The position numbers and the translations under genes were made by a program. DNA of 64,000 bases from a virus: positions 1-64,000 of IMG/VR virus record IMGVR_UViG_3300009506_000012. The stretch is one strand, 5' to 3'. The notes under the pieces were generated by a model. The model made no database searches, was not told where the DNA came from, and saw only the letters and a list, made by a program, of their open reading frames with translations. Shown piece by piece: positions 54,141 through 64,000 of this stretch (position 1 is the stretch's first letter; each line of letters begins with the position of its first letter).

Positions 54141-57100
54141 GTAGAAGCATTACAGGCACAATGAGTGCAGCGCTTGCCAATGACCATGCAGTCGGGCCGT
54201 TAGCCAGGGCTGAGGTGTTTCCATCTCTGGTATCTTTTGAAGCCCTTACAAGAGATAATGCAGTTTCAGGGGCAGACACCAATCCTGCTTCTGATGATCC
54301 GATGAGGCAGGATATTATTTACAATGCCACAGCTGGCCTGGTTACTTTCTACGCTGATGGGACTCTTAAGTATGCACTTGATGGAGATTCCTCCCCAGTC
54401 TCTACCGTGGAATCATCCAGTATCAAGCCGGGGGTATACGGAAACAAGTTGTATGTCTTGGTTGGAAGTTCCATTTATCGCAGGTCAATCAATTGGAGCC
54501 AGGTGACTTCCAAGAACACCAATCCTTTCAGTGCTGATGCAACCCTGTCCCCAAGTAATACCATTGTAGCCATACATGGAATCAGCGAAACAGAATGTGT
54601 GGCCATTGGGGATGATGATGGTGGGTTCTCAATAGCATATTTTACAGGTACAACTGAGATCGTATGTTCTTCTCGTTTTATGTTTCCAAGTTCAATTGAC
54701 TGGGACGGGTCTGATAGAACAATGGAATCGCTTGGCCTGTTCTCTACTGCCTTCAGGCTTGGAAACAGAATATTCGTTTATATCAGTAATGCTTCAAGTG
54801 GCATGGTGCAGGGTGTATTCTACGACCTGGACACACAGGTTTGGAGTGATGTTTTTGTAGCCTTGCCTACAGATCTGGATGTTAGTCTGTGTGAATTCAG
54901 AATTGCAAATTCGTTTGTCCGGAACAATGTTGGTTACATGGTTGGCCAGCTTATTCGAACGGACATCTATGAAACCGATCAGCCTTATACGCTTATCCTG
55001 TCTACGGATGACGGCAGGAATTTTGATATCTCTCGTTTTTCATTTGTCGCAAACTTAGGCTATAGATTCTTAGGAACGGTTGGTACAGATAATAATCTCT
55101 ACCTGGGTAATTGCAATCGTATCTGTCAAGAGCCCTCTACCTGGGTATTTGACGGGGACGATGATAGTACCTCGCCTATGACCGATATCCCCATGAGCGA
55201 TATCCTGTCTGTTGAATTCAATGCAGATGACATGACCCTCACCCTGAAATCCGGGAACGAGGCTGTTTTAGAGAATACTCATTTCAGTGAGGGTTCTCGT
55301 GTAAAACTCTATTCCGGATACAAGACTTCTTCAGGGGATGAATACATCAAGTTTGGAACCTATATCATAGATTCTCAGGGGCTCAAGTTTGCCGATGGGG
55401 ATCGGGGTTATACAGCCAGGTGTGTGCATGAAGGACAGTGGAAATTGCAAGGACTATCAATGCCGTTCTACGCGGAGATCCTTGGGTTATCCAGTATGTA
55501 TGACCCAATGACAGAAGAATCGGGCGACCTCTATGCAGCTCCTAACAACAATCTAACTGAAGAACATTTTTATATTGACTTCTGGAATAGCGAACCATAC
55601 GCTAATGCCAGCGAGGGAATCACTGGCCACGATATCATGAATACCGGTGTAGGAACCTGCAATACAACAGCCTCGCACAAGGTTGGTTTTATCACCAAGG
55701 AATTGTCGATCGTTCTTAGCACAAGCGGAAATCCGAAAATCACAGGTACAACACTGAACGTGAAGATCTATGGATGGTCCAGACCTAACCCGAGTGGGCT
55801 GAATGATGTGGTCAATCTGGTACTTGTCACCTGCGATGAAGATGGCAAAAACGAGGAAACCGTTATTACCGCAGACACAAAGCGCTGGAAAACAACTTAC
55901 CCGACCGCAGTAGCTGGCGAAGATCCTATCACCCTGGCCGTTTCAGGTATGACTGTAGACCGCTACATCAAGAAGGTTGGCCTTGTTTTCGAACAGACGA
56001 ACGGTGCGATATCCTGTCCGGGACGTGTCGAGTTTGTGGATAATGTTGAGGTGCCTGTATCTTTATCGTTATCGAATACTCCATGGGAACGAACCGGGGA
56101 AGGTACGTTCAAGATTCCCGCTGCCGGCCAGCCTTTTATTATGTTTTCACAGAAACCCTATAACGCTTTCAACTTCTTCCTGACTTCTCTTTTTGAGAAT
56201 ACAGTTACAGGTGGTATTTCCGGATACCCGGTTGCGGTTGGGCTGATCGGCCTGGCCGAGGACGCTTCAAATTTCATAGTTGCCCGATATGATAAGGTTA
56301 CTGATAAGGCACAGCTCGTACTGGTTCGGAACGGACTTGAAACCGAATTAGCAAATGCGGCTCCTGGGTGGTCAATGGGAGATCTTCAGGGGATGCAATT
56401 CTCTCATCAGGATGGGCATTTTGAAATCAAGATGTACAACGAAAGCACAGAAACTTACAGCACAGTCCTGACTTATGACTGGGGTGCAGCTGATGGGTTT
56501 ATGTTCACATCCAGAACTGTCACGCGCAAGTGCGGAATCTATGGGGCGATTATGGCTCCTAGTGTTAAGCTGATCGCTTACGATGGAAGCTCACAAGAGG
56601 ACACCACCACGGCTGACGGCATGCCGATTGATCCGCTTGGAGATATTACAGACTTCCCCAGCTCAGGTGATCTGTATGTGGAAGGAAATATCTACAGCTA
56701 CACAGGCAAGATATCTCACCCAGCCTACATTCCTGGCCCTCATCAGCTGAGGAATACAGGCAAGGTCAATGCACCTTATGGGATTGGAAAGCCTGGTGTG
56801 GAATGTTATCTGTTCGATTGGAATGGCAGTACCAGTGCCTACAATGGGAAACTGATTGCCCTGGATAATGGCAAGAACTTTATCAGCATCGGTTCTCAAT
56901 GGCATATCTACATCACAACCGGTGGGAAGAAGATTTGGCTTCGCAATCGGTCCAGACACTATTCTGAAAACACTCAACTTGTTGGCGCATCTGGTACCAC
57001 AGCGACCAGAGTATGGCCGGGGCTTGGAGGCTTTTCCGGGGTCAGTCTGAAGTCCGGAACACCAAGGCGCATCGGTAGAAATTCGCGCGCGATTCTAAGC

Positions 57101-58255
57101 CTGGATGGAGAGATAACCTGTTATTGGTTTATGGGCTCCGGTGGGCAGCACGATACTACGGTGAAAGATTTGATTGAGTCTACCTGTGCGATCAGCGGCA
57201 CAAAAGCCTTGTTCCCTGGTGACTTCTACGATAGTCAGATTGATGTGAATGGGTCAGAAGTAGAATTTTTCAACGATGCTTATGGTGAGGGCTTTGACCT
57301 TGAATTCGATCTCAGCGCTCCGGAAACCTTTGAGATCCGGACGAACGTCAGGATTGTTCCGGACAACTATGACAACAGCACAGAAATAGAATCGGATACT
57401 GGTACAAAGTTGGTTTGCACTGACCTGGGCAGCGGTAGCTTCAGCATCTCGTTAGTTTCCACGCCTTCAGATACGGTCATGTACACGTTTGTATATTCGA
57501 ACGGAAATGCTTTCCAACACTACAGGATCTTGTATTATGAAAACAATATTAGTGTATATCACAATTATCGCTGGGTGGCTTCTATTGCGCTGGATGAACT
57601 GGACTATAACCAGACAGGTTCTGTCACAGTTAACGGATATTCTTCTTCTCTGGTGAGCTTCCTGGATGTTTACATCCGTGACTTAAGTGATTGGCGCGAA
57701 GCAATCTACATTGATCTTGAAACAGACGGTGCGGCAGCAATCGGCTCGATCATTCAGGAAAGGCCGGTTGAGATTGTTCCTAACCCTGATGGAAGTCTTA
57801 GCTTCTTCTACGACATGACTAGGCCAAGAGTCACCATGCTTTATACCCCTTTTACCCATGAACACAACAAAAGCATTCCAAGGGACGGTGCTTCAGATGC
57901 TATTGTTTATGGATCTGATGATGTCAAGACGATTGTGAATGCAGATTTTGCTAACACCTTTGGATTTTCCACTGTCTTGTTACGCTTTCCTAATCTGAAT
58001 GTGGGTGCAGTAGAGGCTGCCCAGAGAACCCAGATAAAAGCCTTTGAAAGAAAGGATGAACATACCTTTACAGCGCGTATTGATTTCCGTATCATGCCAA
58101 GTGACGTGATCGATTATGACTATATAATTTCTGGAACGGGTAGAGCCGTTTCCGGATCTGCTATTGTTGAAAGTGCAAATTTTTCAATATCCCAGAACGG
58201 AAAGAAGATAAGCGCAAACATGACGGTCAAGGGTAGAGGAGAATACGGTGCCTAA
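54137..58255 (+). CDS. Tail tip / baseplate hub protein
   Basis: 1372 aa, beta-rich, hub-like RVKLYSGY...FGTYIID segment. Confidence 0.7.
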   Translation: MSRSITGTMSAALANDHAVGPLARAEVFPSLVSFEALTRDNAVSGADTNPASDDPMRQDIIYNATAGLVTFYADGTLKYALDGDSSPVSTVESSSIKPGVYGNKLYVLVGSSIYRRSINWSQVTSKNTNPFSADATLSPSNTIVAIHGISETECVAIGDDDGGFSIAYFTGTTEIVCSSRFMFPSSIDWDGSDRTMESLGLFSTAFRLGNRIFVYISNASSGMVQGVFYDLDTQVWSDVFVALPTDLDVSLCEFRIANSFVRNNVGYMVGQLIRTDIYETDQPYTLILSTDDGRNFDISRFSFVANLGYRFLGTVGTDNNLYLGNCNRICQEPSTWVFDGDDDSTSPMTDIPMSDILSVEFNADDMTLTLKSGNEAVLENTHFSEGSRVKLYSGYKTSSGDEYIKFGTYIIDSQGLKFADGDRGYTARCVHEGQWKLQGLSMPFYAEILGLSSMYDPMTEESGDLYAAPNNNLTEEHFYIDFWNSEPYANASEGITGHDIMNTGVGTCNTTASHKVGFITKELSIVLSTSGNPKITGTTLNVKIYGWSRPNPSGLNDVVNLVLVTCDEDGKNEETVITADTKRWKTTYPTAVAGEDPITLAVSGMTVDRYIKKVGLVFEQTNGAISCPGRVEFVDNVEVPVSLSLSNTPWERTGEGTFKIPAAGQPFIMFSQKPYNAFNFFLTSLFENTVTGGISGYPVAVGLIGLAEDASNFIVARYDKVTDKAQLVLVRNGLETELANAAPGWSMGDLQGMQFSHQDGHFEIKMYNESTETYSTVLTYDWGAADGFMFTSRTVTRKCGIYGAIMAPSVKLIAYDGSSQEDTTTADGMPIDPLGDITDFPSSGDLYVEGNIYSYTGKISHPAYIPGPHQLRNTGKVNAPYGIGKPGVECYLFDWNGSTSAYNGKLIALDNGKNFISIGSQWHIYITTGGKKIWLRNRSRHYSENTQLVGASGTTATRVWPGLGGFSGVSLKSGTPRRIGRNSRAILSLDGEITCYWFMGSGGQHDTTVKDLIESTCAISGTKALFPGDFYDSQIDVNGSEVEFFNDAYGEGFDLEFDLSAPETFEIRTNVRIVPDNYDNSTEIESDTGTKLVCTDLGSGSFSISLVSTPSDTVMYTFVYSNGNAFQHYRILYYENNISVYHNYRWVASIALDELDYNQTGSVTVNGYSSSLVSFLDVYIRDLSDWREAIYIDLETDGAAAIGSIIQERPVEIVPNPDGSLSFFYDMTRPRVTMLYTPFTHEHNKSIPRDGASDAIVYGSDDVKTIVNADFANTFGFSTVLLRFPNLNVGAVEAAQRTQIKAFERKDEHTFTARIDFRIMPSDVIDYDYIISGTGRAVSGSAIVESANFSISQNGKKISANMTVKGRGEYGA

Positions 58256-60554
58256 AAAGAATACATCGCTAAGTCGTAAGATCAATGACAGCATCAAGCA
58301 AGGAAAGCTCATGCCAGCCGTGGTCGTGGACGTATTCAATAAACGTGCGACTATTCAGCTTTCAGGAAATGGCGCACTACTTCATAACCTGCGTGTGATT
58401 GGCGGGCCAGTAGATAAACTGCAAAAAGTAGATGTAGACTTCACGACCCCGGAACCGACTGTGGTGGCGATCAGCAAAGAATGGGTGACTAGCGATGAAC
58501 TCGAGAAAGCACTGAAGGCGCTTACCGCAGACAGTATCGAGCAGAAGTTGCGCTTCGATATTGTTCTTTTTTCCGGAGGTGGCGCACAGGACCAATACCC
58601 CCCAACCGCCGAAGGCCTCTCGAGCGCAGTTGATGCTGCCGGCAACGGGGATGTCATTTTTCTTCCGGATGTTGATATTGAGATCGACCTGACAATTCCT
58701 GAATATGTGACCTTGCGAGGAGTGAGCAAGCGGCAATCTATTATTCGTGGAAGCATCACCTTCAGCTCCGGGGTATCTTTTGAAAACCTGTGTTTGCTTC
58801 AGGGAAGGTTCACCAGTGAAGAAGTCGTAGGAATTACAGTCCCGGCTGTCACAAGTAAAACCTTCATCCGTCATTGTGAGATACATGGCTATAACTGCTC
58901 AGATGGGAACGCGGTAGCGGTTGACCTGGCGGCTGGTGCCAAGTTAGAGATCGAGCATTCCGTAGTGATCGGTGACGCGGCCAATGCAAGCGCCTGGGCT
59001 GTTCGCGGTGTAGCTGGAAGCACGTGCAGAATCAGTAATGGACAGGTGTTTGGAAAAACTGATGTGTATACCGGTACAGGGATTTATGAATATTCAAACC
59101 TTGAATTTGAAAGCGAGATTGCAAGAGGTTGTATTGTTAGTGGGGAATTAAGGAACGGGGCCTCTGTCTCTAATTCGGTATACAACACTCTGGTTCCTGC
59201 GGGTGCTATTCTGGATCCAAGTGGTATTGTGACAGAACCTTATTTCAAGGAAATTTACGATAGTGTTCTCAATCTGTATGTTGGAGGCACACCTGTTCTT
59301 CGCGTGGGAGACTACATTTATTTCATCGATATGGATGGGTTTGCAGGTTCAAACGGGCAAGTCATAGTTACTGAATATGATATCGTCAATGATACTTCTA
59401 AGAGTCTCAACGCAGGGACTTACTATACTCTTACGGGCAGGGATATAATCTGTGCTGGGGACAACAGGAAAATCTATGCCGCTTTCAGATCTACCTTCAG
59501 CACAGTCGAAATTGATGTGATCGAGTGTGATTTTGAAAATGATACAGTTACCAATATAAAAACATGGGAAGATGGAGATGAACCAGGGTTCTACGACAAC
59601 CCACGGGGCATCTACTGCCTTCAAGATACTTCGGGCAATTTGCATCTTGTCCTGTTTGGACAGTGGGAAAACACAAACAACACAAATGTGAACACGATAA
59701 CCTGCTCCGGTGTTTACATCCGTCATTATGATTTTGCGGCTGATGCCTGGGTGACTAAAACACTTGAATACAATTCTAACTATTATGGGATAAGTGCAAA
59801 CTGGTATTTTCCTCCTGGCATGTGGGAAGATAAATTCCTTCTTTTTCCAACCCCGTCAACATTCGTTGCTGAGGATGCCGCTGGCAACGATCTGAATAAC
59901 AATTACGATATACCTCCTGATGGACTATACGTGATGAGTGTTCCCATCTATGACATCAAAAACAAAACATTCACACAACTCTATAGAGAGGTCACAGGCA
60001 CTGATGACTGGACAGGCCAACCAAGTCTTGATATCGCAGCTGTCAGTCCTGCCACGGGTGAAGTCATCATAGGCTGGCAAAATGGCGATGGAAGCAACAC
60101 CTATGATTCAGTCCATATATACAGGTGGGATATTGATACCGGCAACATCACTCACATTCATGAGACTGCTGATACTGGTACCCTAAGTTTCATGAACTCT
60201 GACACCGAACTCTATATTTTTGAATACACCAGCTACAGTCCTTATGTCGGTATTCTTAGAAAAGCCTCTGACTGGTCAATTCTCAGCTCTAATTTTTCGG
60301 TATCTCCTTTTGGGGTACGTATTGTGGATGATCAGGACCGGTTCTGGAGATATGATGAGACTACTGAAAAGGTATTTGGCACCAAGGTCACAGATGATAG
60401 CGATCAAATATCTTTTGATGCACCTAAAAGTTTATTGTCTGACGGACAGGCTCAAGATTATTTCTTTATTCTTCTCATGGGTGACTGTATTGCAATCTGG
60501 ATAAAAGAAGGCATATCTACTACTAATAGAGTACATATCTGGTTGGTGAAATGA
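58248..60554 (+). CDS. Tail spike or receptor-binding protein
   Basis: AVDAAGNGDVIFL...VTLRG beta-helix start, then propeller-like region. Confidence 0.65.
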   Translation: MPKKNTSLSRKINDSIKQGKLMPAVVVDVFNKRATIQLSGNGALLHNLRVIGGPVDKLQKVDVDFTTPEPTVVAISKEWVTSDELEKALKALTADSIEQKLRFDIVLFSGGGAQDQYPPTAEGLSSAVDAAGNGDVIFLPDVDIEIDLTIPEYVTLRGVSKRQSIIRGSITFSSGVSFENLCLLQGRFTSEEVVGITVPAVTSKTFIRHCEIHGYNCSDGNAVAVDLAAGAKLEIEHSVVIGDAANASAWAVRGVAGSTCRISNGQVFGKTDVYTGTGIYEYSNLEFESEIARGCIVSGELRNGASVSNSVYNTLVPAGAILDPSGIVTEPYFKEIYDSVLNLYVGGTPVLRVGDYIYFIDMDGFAGSNGQVIVTEYDIVNDTSKSLNAGTYYTLTGRDIICAGDNRKIYAAFRSTFSTVEIDVIECDFENDTVTNIKTWEDGDEPGFYDNPRGIYCLQDTSGNLHLVLFGQWENTNNTNVNTITCSGVYIRHYDFAADAWVTKTLEYNSNYYGISANWYFPPGMWEDKFLLFPTPSTFVAEDAAGNDLNNNYDIPPDGLYVMSVPIYDIKNKTFTQLYREVTGTDDWTGQPSLDIAAVSPATGEVIIGWQNGDGSNTYDSVHIYRWDIDTGNITHIHETADTGTLSFMNSDTELYIFEYTSYSPYVGILRKASDWSILSSNFSVSPFGVRIVDDQDRFWRYDETTEKVFGTKVTDDSDQISFDAPKSLLSDGQAQDYFFILLMGDCIAIWIKEGISTTNRVHIWLVK

Positions 60555-61123
60555 TGGCCGCAATTCCGCTGAAAGGTGATCGGTCTGCTAGAGATGATGT
60601 CAACTATCCCTCTCTGCATTCCAAAGGAATAGAGGATGGAAATCAAACTATCCATCTTCCTCCTGGGACAAGTGTAGGTGACATAGCTTATTGGGATGGA
60701 ACCAAATGGACAACTCAACCTCTGACAGGCAGTCAAGGAGTCGTCCCACCTATCATGACCCTTGGCACCTATGAAGGATCCATACAGGTTGCTACCTCAC
60801 CACTTGGAATTTACAACCGCTATGGGGAAAGCCGTGAGATCATAGAAGTCTTTTTATCCGTGTCTGCCGCTCCGGTCGGAGCAGATATTCTTGTTGATAT
60901 TCTTGTCGGAGGTGCTTCTATCTTTGGAGCAACCAAAGCCACTCTTGCAGCTGGTCAAACTACTGGTGTGATTACATCTTTCCTGGATCCTGTTTGGTTA
61001 GCCAACAGTAAGTTGGTTTGGGACATTACTCAAGTTGGTTCAAGCACACCTGGTTCCGACCTGGTTGTTCATATTCTGCATGAGAAATATTCAGTGCCTG
61101 GCTCTGGAGGCTCGGGTTCATGA
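60551..61123 (+). CDS. Minor tail or fibre protein
   Basis: GDIAYWDGTKW fibre motif; DITQVGSSTPGSDL; ends GSGGSGS. Confidence 0.7.
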   Translation: MMAAIPLKGDRSARDDVNYPSLHSKGIEDGNQTIHLPPGTSVGDIAYWDGTKWTTQPLTGSQGVVPPIMTLGTYEGSIQVATSPLGIYNRYGESREIIEVFLSVSAAPVGADILVDILVGGASIFGATKATLAAGQTTGVITSFLDPVWLANSKLVWDITQVGSSTPGSDLVVHILHEKYSVPGSGGSGS

Positions 61124-62178
61124 CTAGACTCATTACTGATGATCTTGAATCTGGTTCTGGGACTTGGGATAGCAGTACAAGCGCATCTGTTGTTACAGCT
61201 CCCGTTGCTCACGGGACATATGCAGTTAGACTTGGATCATATGGACAGGCACGATGGCTGAGTCTTACACTCACCGAAGCCTATACCCGTTTTTATTTCA
61301 TGACAGATGATCATTCTAATTTGTATATGATCACAGGAATGAAAGCCAGTGCTACTATGGTAGCGAATTTAAGACGAGATGGAAGCACCAAAAAGTTACG
61401 CTATTATTTAGCAAACACTTTGAAACAAACAGGAAGCATTGATATCGAGCCGGGTACGTGGTACCTGATTGAAACTTATTTTCTTGAAGCCTCTAGTGGT
61501 GGACGTTATGTTGTAAAAGTGAATGGGGTAACAGATATTGATTACACCGGAGATACAAAAGGACCTTACGGGAATTGCACCGAATTCAACGTAGGAAAAT
61601 ACGATGTAGGGATTATCTATCACTATTTTGATGACATCGCAGTCAATGATCCGAACGGGGGTTCAGATGATTCCTGGATAGGCAATTATCCTGGTATCAA
61701 CTTACTGAAAACGTTCGAGGGTATGACCCTGGCGGGGACTGGAACGGTACCTACAAGTGCGACATTAGACAAAACTCTTGGCAACATGACAGTTGCAGGA
61801 ACTGCCGATATTGTTGTTTCAGGCGATCTTGATAAGTCCTTTGAGAACATGACCGTTTCAGGCAGCACTGAAACCTTCATTACAGCCTCACTGTCCAAGA
61901 CTTTTGAGAACATGTTCACCGCAAGCCGTTCTCTGAATTCTGCTGGAAAGCGTTCCAGTGCGTTACAGTATCTAAAACCTTATATGATTGTTGGTGTGCT
62001 TCCGGATAATTACATTTCAAGTGAAGATCGAGCCCATGTTCTCGGTTATTATTCTCTTGTAGTAGACAACTTGCAAATAAACGCATCTCTAACAATAATT
62101 TTTGATGACTTTGTATTGGACGGGCTTATCCTTGCTCGAGAGGGCCGGGTCTGGGGACCGGCGATACAGGCAGGCTAA
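61120..62178 (+). CDS. Virion protein with ConA/LamG-like domain and repeats
   Basis: GTWYLIE, YFDDIAV; four L.K(T/S)(F/L)..M repeats. Confidence 0.65.
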   Translation: MTRLITDDLESGSGTWDSSTSASVVTAPVAHGTYAVRLGSYGQARWLSLTLTEAYTRFYFMTDDHSNLYMITGMKASATMVANLRRDGSTKKLRYYLANTLKQTGSIDIEPGTWYLIETYFLEASSGGRYVVKVNGVTDIDYTGDTKGPYGNCTEFNVGKYDVGIIYHYFDDIAVNDPNGGSDDSWIGNYPGINLLKTFEGMTLAGTGTVPTSATLDKTLGNMTVAGTADIVVSGDLDKSFENMTVSGSTETFITASLSKTFENMFTASRSLNSAGKRSSALQYLKPYMIVGVLPDNYISSEDRAHVLGYYSLVVDNLQINASLTIIFDDFVLDGLILAREGRVWGPAIQAG

Positions 62179-62879
62179 TGGCAAATTTCACTCATCTTGG
62201 TTCTATGTCAAACATCTCGTGGACAACTAACTTGACCATAGCAATATACCTGTCAGTTGATTTCGCCTGGCCTTTATGGATATTGAATATTATTGTCGAT
62301 AATCCAGCTGGAAGAAATTCTCCCGATACACCTGTTTGGAATACTGGCTATACCAGTGATCCATTTACCGATTGCGGTCAGGGAGTTGTTAGCTCCGGAG
62401 GAGAGTTAGCCATTGAACAATGGTATATCCAATATCCAACAGTGGTGAATAATCGCGCATTATCTTTTCACAATTACAACCAGGACAATGTTGGTGTGTT
62501 TTATTCACGCTTTGACATCGATACCGCTTTTGAAAGTTGTCAGCTCGAGGATTCTGGAAGCGGTTCAGGAACGGGTGCAGATCCATCTGTGGCAACTGCG
62601 AGTCTATCTGCAAATTCCCTGCTTTATGGACTTCTTGGTTCCGGATACAGAAATGCACCTGTTACGGGTTCCGGATTTACTATGCTGGCTGAAGATGATG
62701 CCGGTCAATACGGTGCAGGTATCGAATATATGATTGATACTGGGGCAGCTGGCTCGAAGAATGTTGGTTGGACACAAAGCGCTGACGATTGGGCCGCGAT
62801 TTACACGGCCTTTGAGGTTACGGCTGGTGGTATAGCGGTTCCTGTAATGACAGACTTGGCCAGGCAGAGGAGAAACTAA
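62178..62879 (+). CDS. Putative virion protein
   Basis: Beta-rich, G/S/T-rich, in tail cluster. Confidence 0.6.
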   Translation: MANFTHLGSMSNISWTTNLTIAIYLSVDFAWPLWILNIIVDNPAGRNSPDTPVWNTGYTSDPFTDCGQGVVSSGGELAIEQWYIQYPTVVNNRALSFHNYNQDNVGVFYSRFDIDTAFESCQLEDSGSGSGTGADPSVATASLSANSLLYGLLGSGYRNAPVTGSGFTMLAEDDAGQYGAGIEYMIDTGAAGSKNVGWTQSADDWAAIYTAFEVTAGGIAVPVMTDLARQRRN

Positions 62880-63665
62880 ATGCGATTCCTGCGAAAGAAC
62901 ACAGCGGTTATTATTACAGTAGGACCGTTTCTAGATCCAGCCGATGGGGTTACTCCGGAAACAGCTCTAACTGTCACAAACTGCCATTTGACCATGATGC
63001 TTGATGACGATGATGGTTCAGCACCCAACCTGATTGTTGACACAGCTCCAACAGCTTCAGGAGGGGATAATGACATGGTTCACATTACCGGTGATGATGC
63101 CGGTTTCTATTCTCTCGAACTGACTGCCGCTCAGACCAACTACAATGGACGTGTCATCCTGGCCATTACAGATGCCGCCAATCATGTTCCAGTATGGCAT
63201 GAATTCACCATCTTGCCTGGTGTGGTGTACGATTCGATTGTAAGCGGCTCCGATTATCTTCAGGTTGACACGCTTCAGATTGAGGGTACGGACGCAACCG
63301 ATCAGCTGGATGCGCATGACGGCAACCCTCTTGATGCTGCTGGCGTCCGAAGCGCTGTTGGCCTGGCTTCTGCCAATCTTGATACCCAGCTTGATGCAAT
63401 TCCAACTGCTTCAGAGATCAATGCTGAGGTTGTTGATGTATTGAAAACAGACACATCCACATTACCCGGACAAGAATCCCCGTCTGCTACTCCGACCATT
63501 GAGGAAATGATCACCTGGCTGTATAAGTTTTTGCGCAACAAGAGTACGCAATCAGGTACCCAGATGAGTGTTTACAATGATGCTGGTGATACAGTCGATC
63601 ACAAGGCAACTGTTGGAGATGATGGGACGACATTTACACGTGGTGAAATACAAACTGGGCCATAA
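62880..63665 (+). CDS. Putative virion protein
   Basis: VGPFLDPADG...GFYSLELTAAQTN; in tail cluster. Confidence 0.65.
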   Translation: MRFLRKNTAVIITVGPFLDPADGVTPETALTVTNCHLTMMLDDDDGSAPNLIVDTAPTASGGDNDMVHITGDDAGFYSLELTAAQTNYNGRVILAITDAANHVPVWHEFTILPGVVYDSIVSGSDYLQVDTLQIEGTDATDQLDAHDGNPLDAAGVRSAVGLASANLDTQLDAIPTASEINAEVVDVLKTDTSTLPGQESPSATPTIEEMITWLYKFLRNKSTQSGTQMSVYNDAGDTVDHKATVGDDGTTFTRGEIQTGP

Positions 63666-63751
63666 AATCACAAAACATTTATAATAGATATGTACATCCA
63701 ACATAAACCAGACAGAACTGAATACTTCTTTTTTATAAAAGTGAGGTCGAA

Positions 63752-64000
63752 ATGACTATTCAACTGTCTACCGCCGTTCGAAATGCAAAACTGGATGCTG
63801 TGGAATCTACTATTGGTGCTTCTGCTATCATGAAAATCTTTGATAGTGGTGGTTCTCCTCCGGCCAACTGCGCTGCCGCTGATGTTGGAACTGTACTGGC
63901 CACCATCAACCTTCCTGCTGACTGGATGGCCGCAGCTGCTTCAGGGGCAAAAGCAAAATCAGGAACATGGGAAGATACAAGTGCTGACAATGCCGGTGAC
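63752..64000 (+). CDS. Partial virion structural protein (runs off right edge)
   Basis: Manual read MTIQLSTAVRNAKLDAVESTIGASAIMKIF...; GAGG SD. Confidence 0.7.
   Translation, partial: MTIQLSTAVRNAKLDAVESTIGASAIMKIFDSGGSPPANCAAADVGTVLATINLPADWMAAAASGAKAKSGTWEDTSADNAGD

Noticed and set aside
1-64000. Stop-codon reassignment, DGR/retron, integrase, tRNAs, lysis cassette
   Set aside because: Genes are intact and tightly packed in the standard code with all three stops used; no reverse transcriptase, recombinase, cloverleaf or endolysin motifs recognised in this window

Overview
This window is most of a tailed dsDNA phage genome (siphovirus-like, standard genetic code); the SSB sequence suggests a Chloroflexota/Anaerolineae host. 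Two arms diverge at ~27.55 kb, which may be the packaging end. The left arm (minus strand, 1-27.2 kb) holds many small early genes plus an annealing-protein-like ORF, two amino-DNA methyltransferases, an ArdC-like protein, a wHTH replication protein beside palindromic iterons, a Spo11/TopoVI-A-like TOPRIM protein, a RecU-like nuclease, and ParB-like, vWA, J-domain, SSB and zinc-finger proteins. The right arm (plus strand) holds terminase, portal, scaffold, major capsid, neck, tail tube, frameshifted tail chaperones, a 3011-aa tape measure and tail-tip proteins. Main observations: (1) the tape-measure protein has an N-terminal region with two-barrel RNA polymerase motifs (GGKFAIEGVK; RWP...QGDFDLD), a probable tail-delivered virion RNAP; (2) a five-gene glycan cassette (sulfotransferase, two methyltransferases, HAD/phosphoribosyltransferase/GT-A fusion, TagF-like transferase) sits inside the tail operon, and four virion proteins end in a Gly-Ser tail, suggesting virion coating with a modified glycan; (3) two families of dispersed palindromes (GCTCCAC-N2/3-GTGGAGC x7, TACYAC-N3-GTRGTA x4) mark gene boundaries and promoters. 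All protein calls come from motif recognition by eye; no database searches were run.
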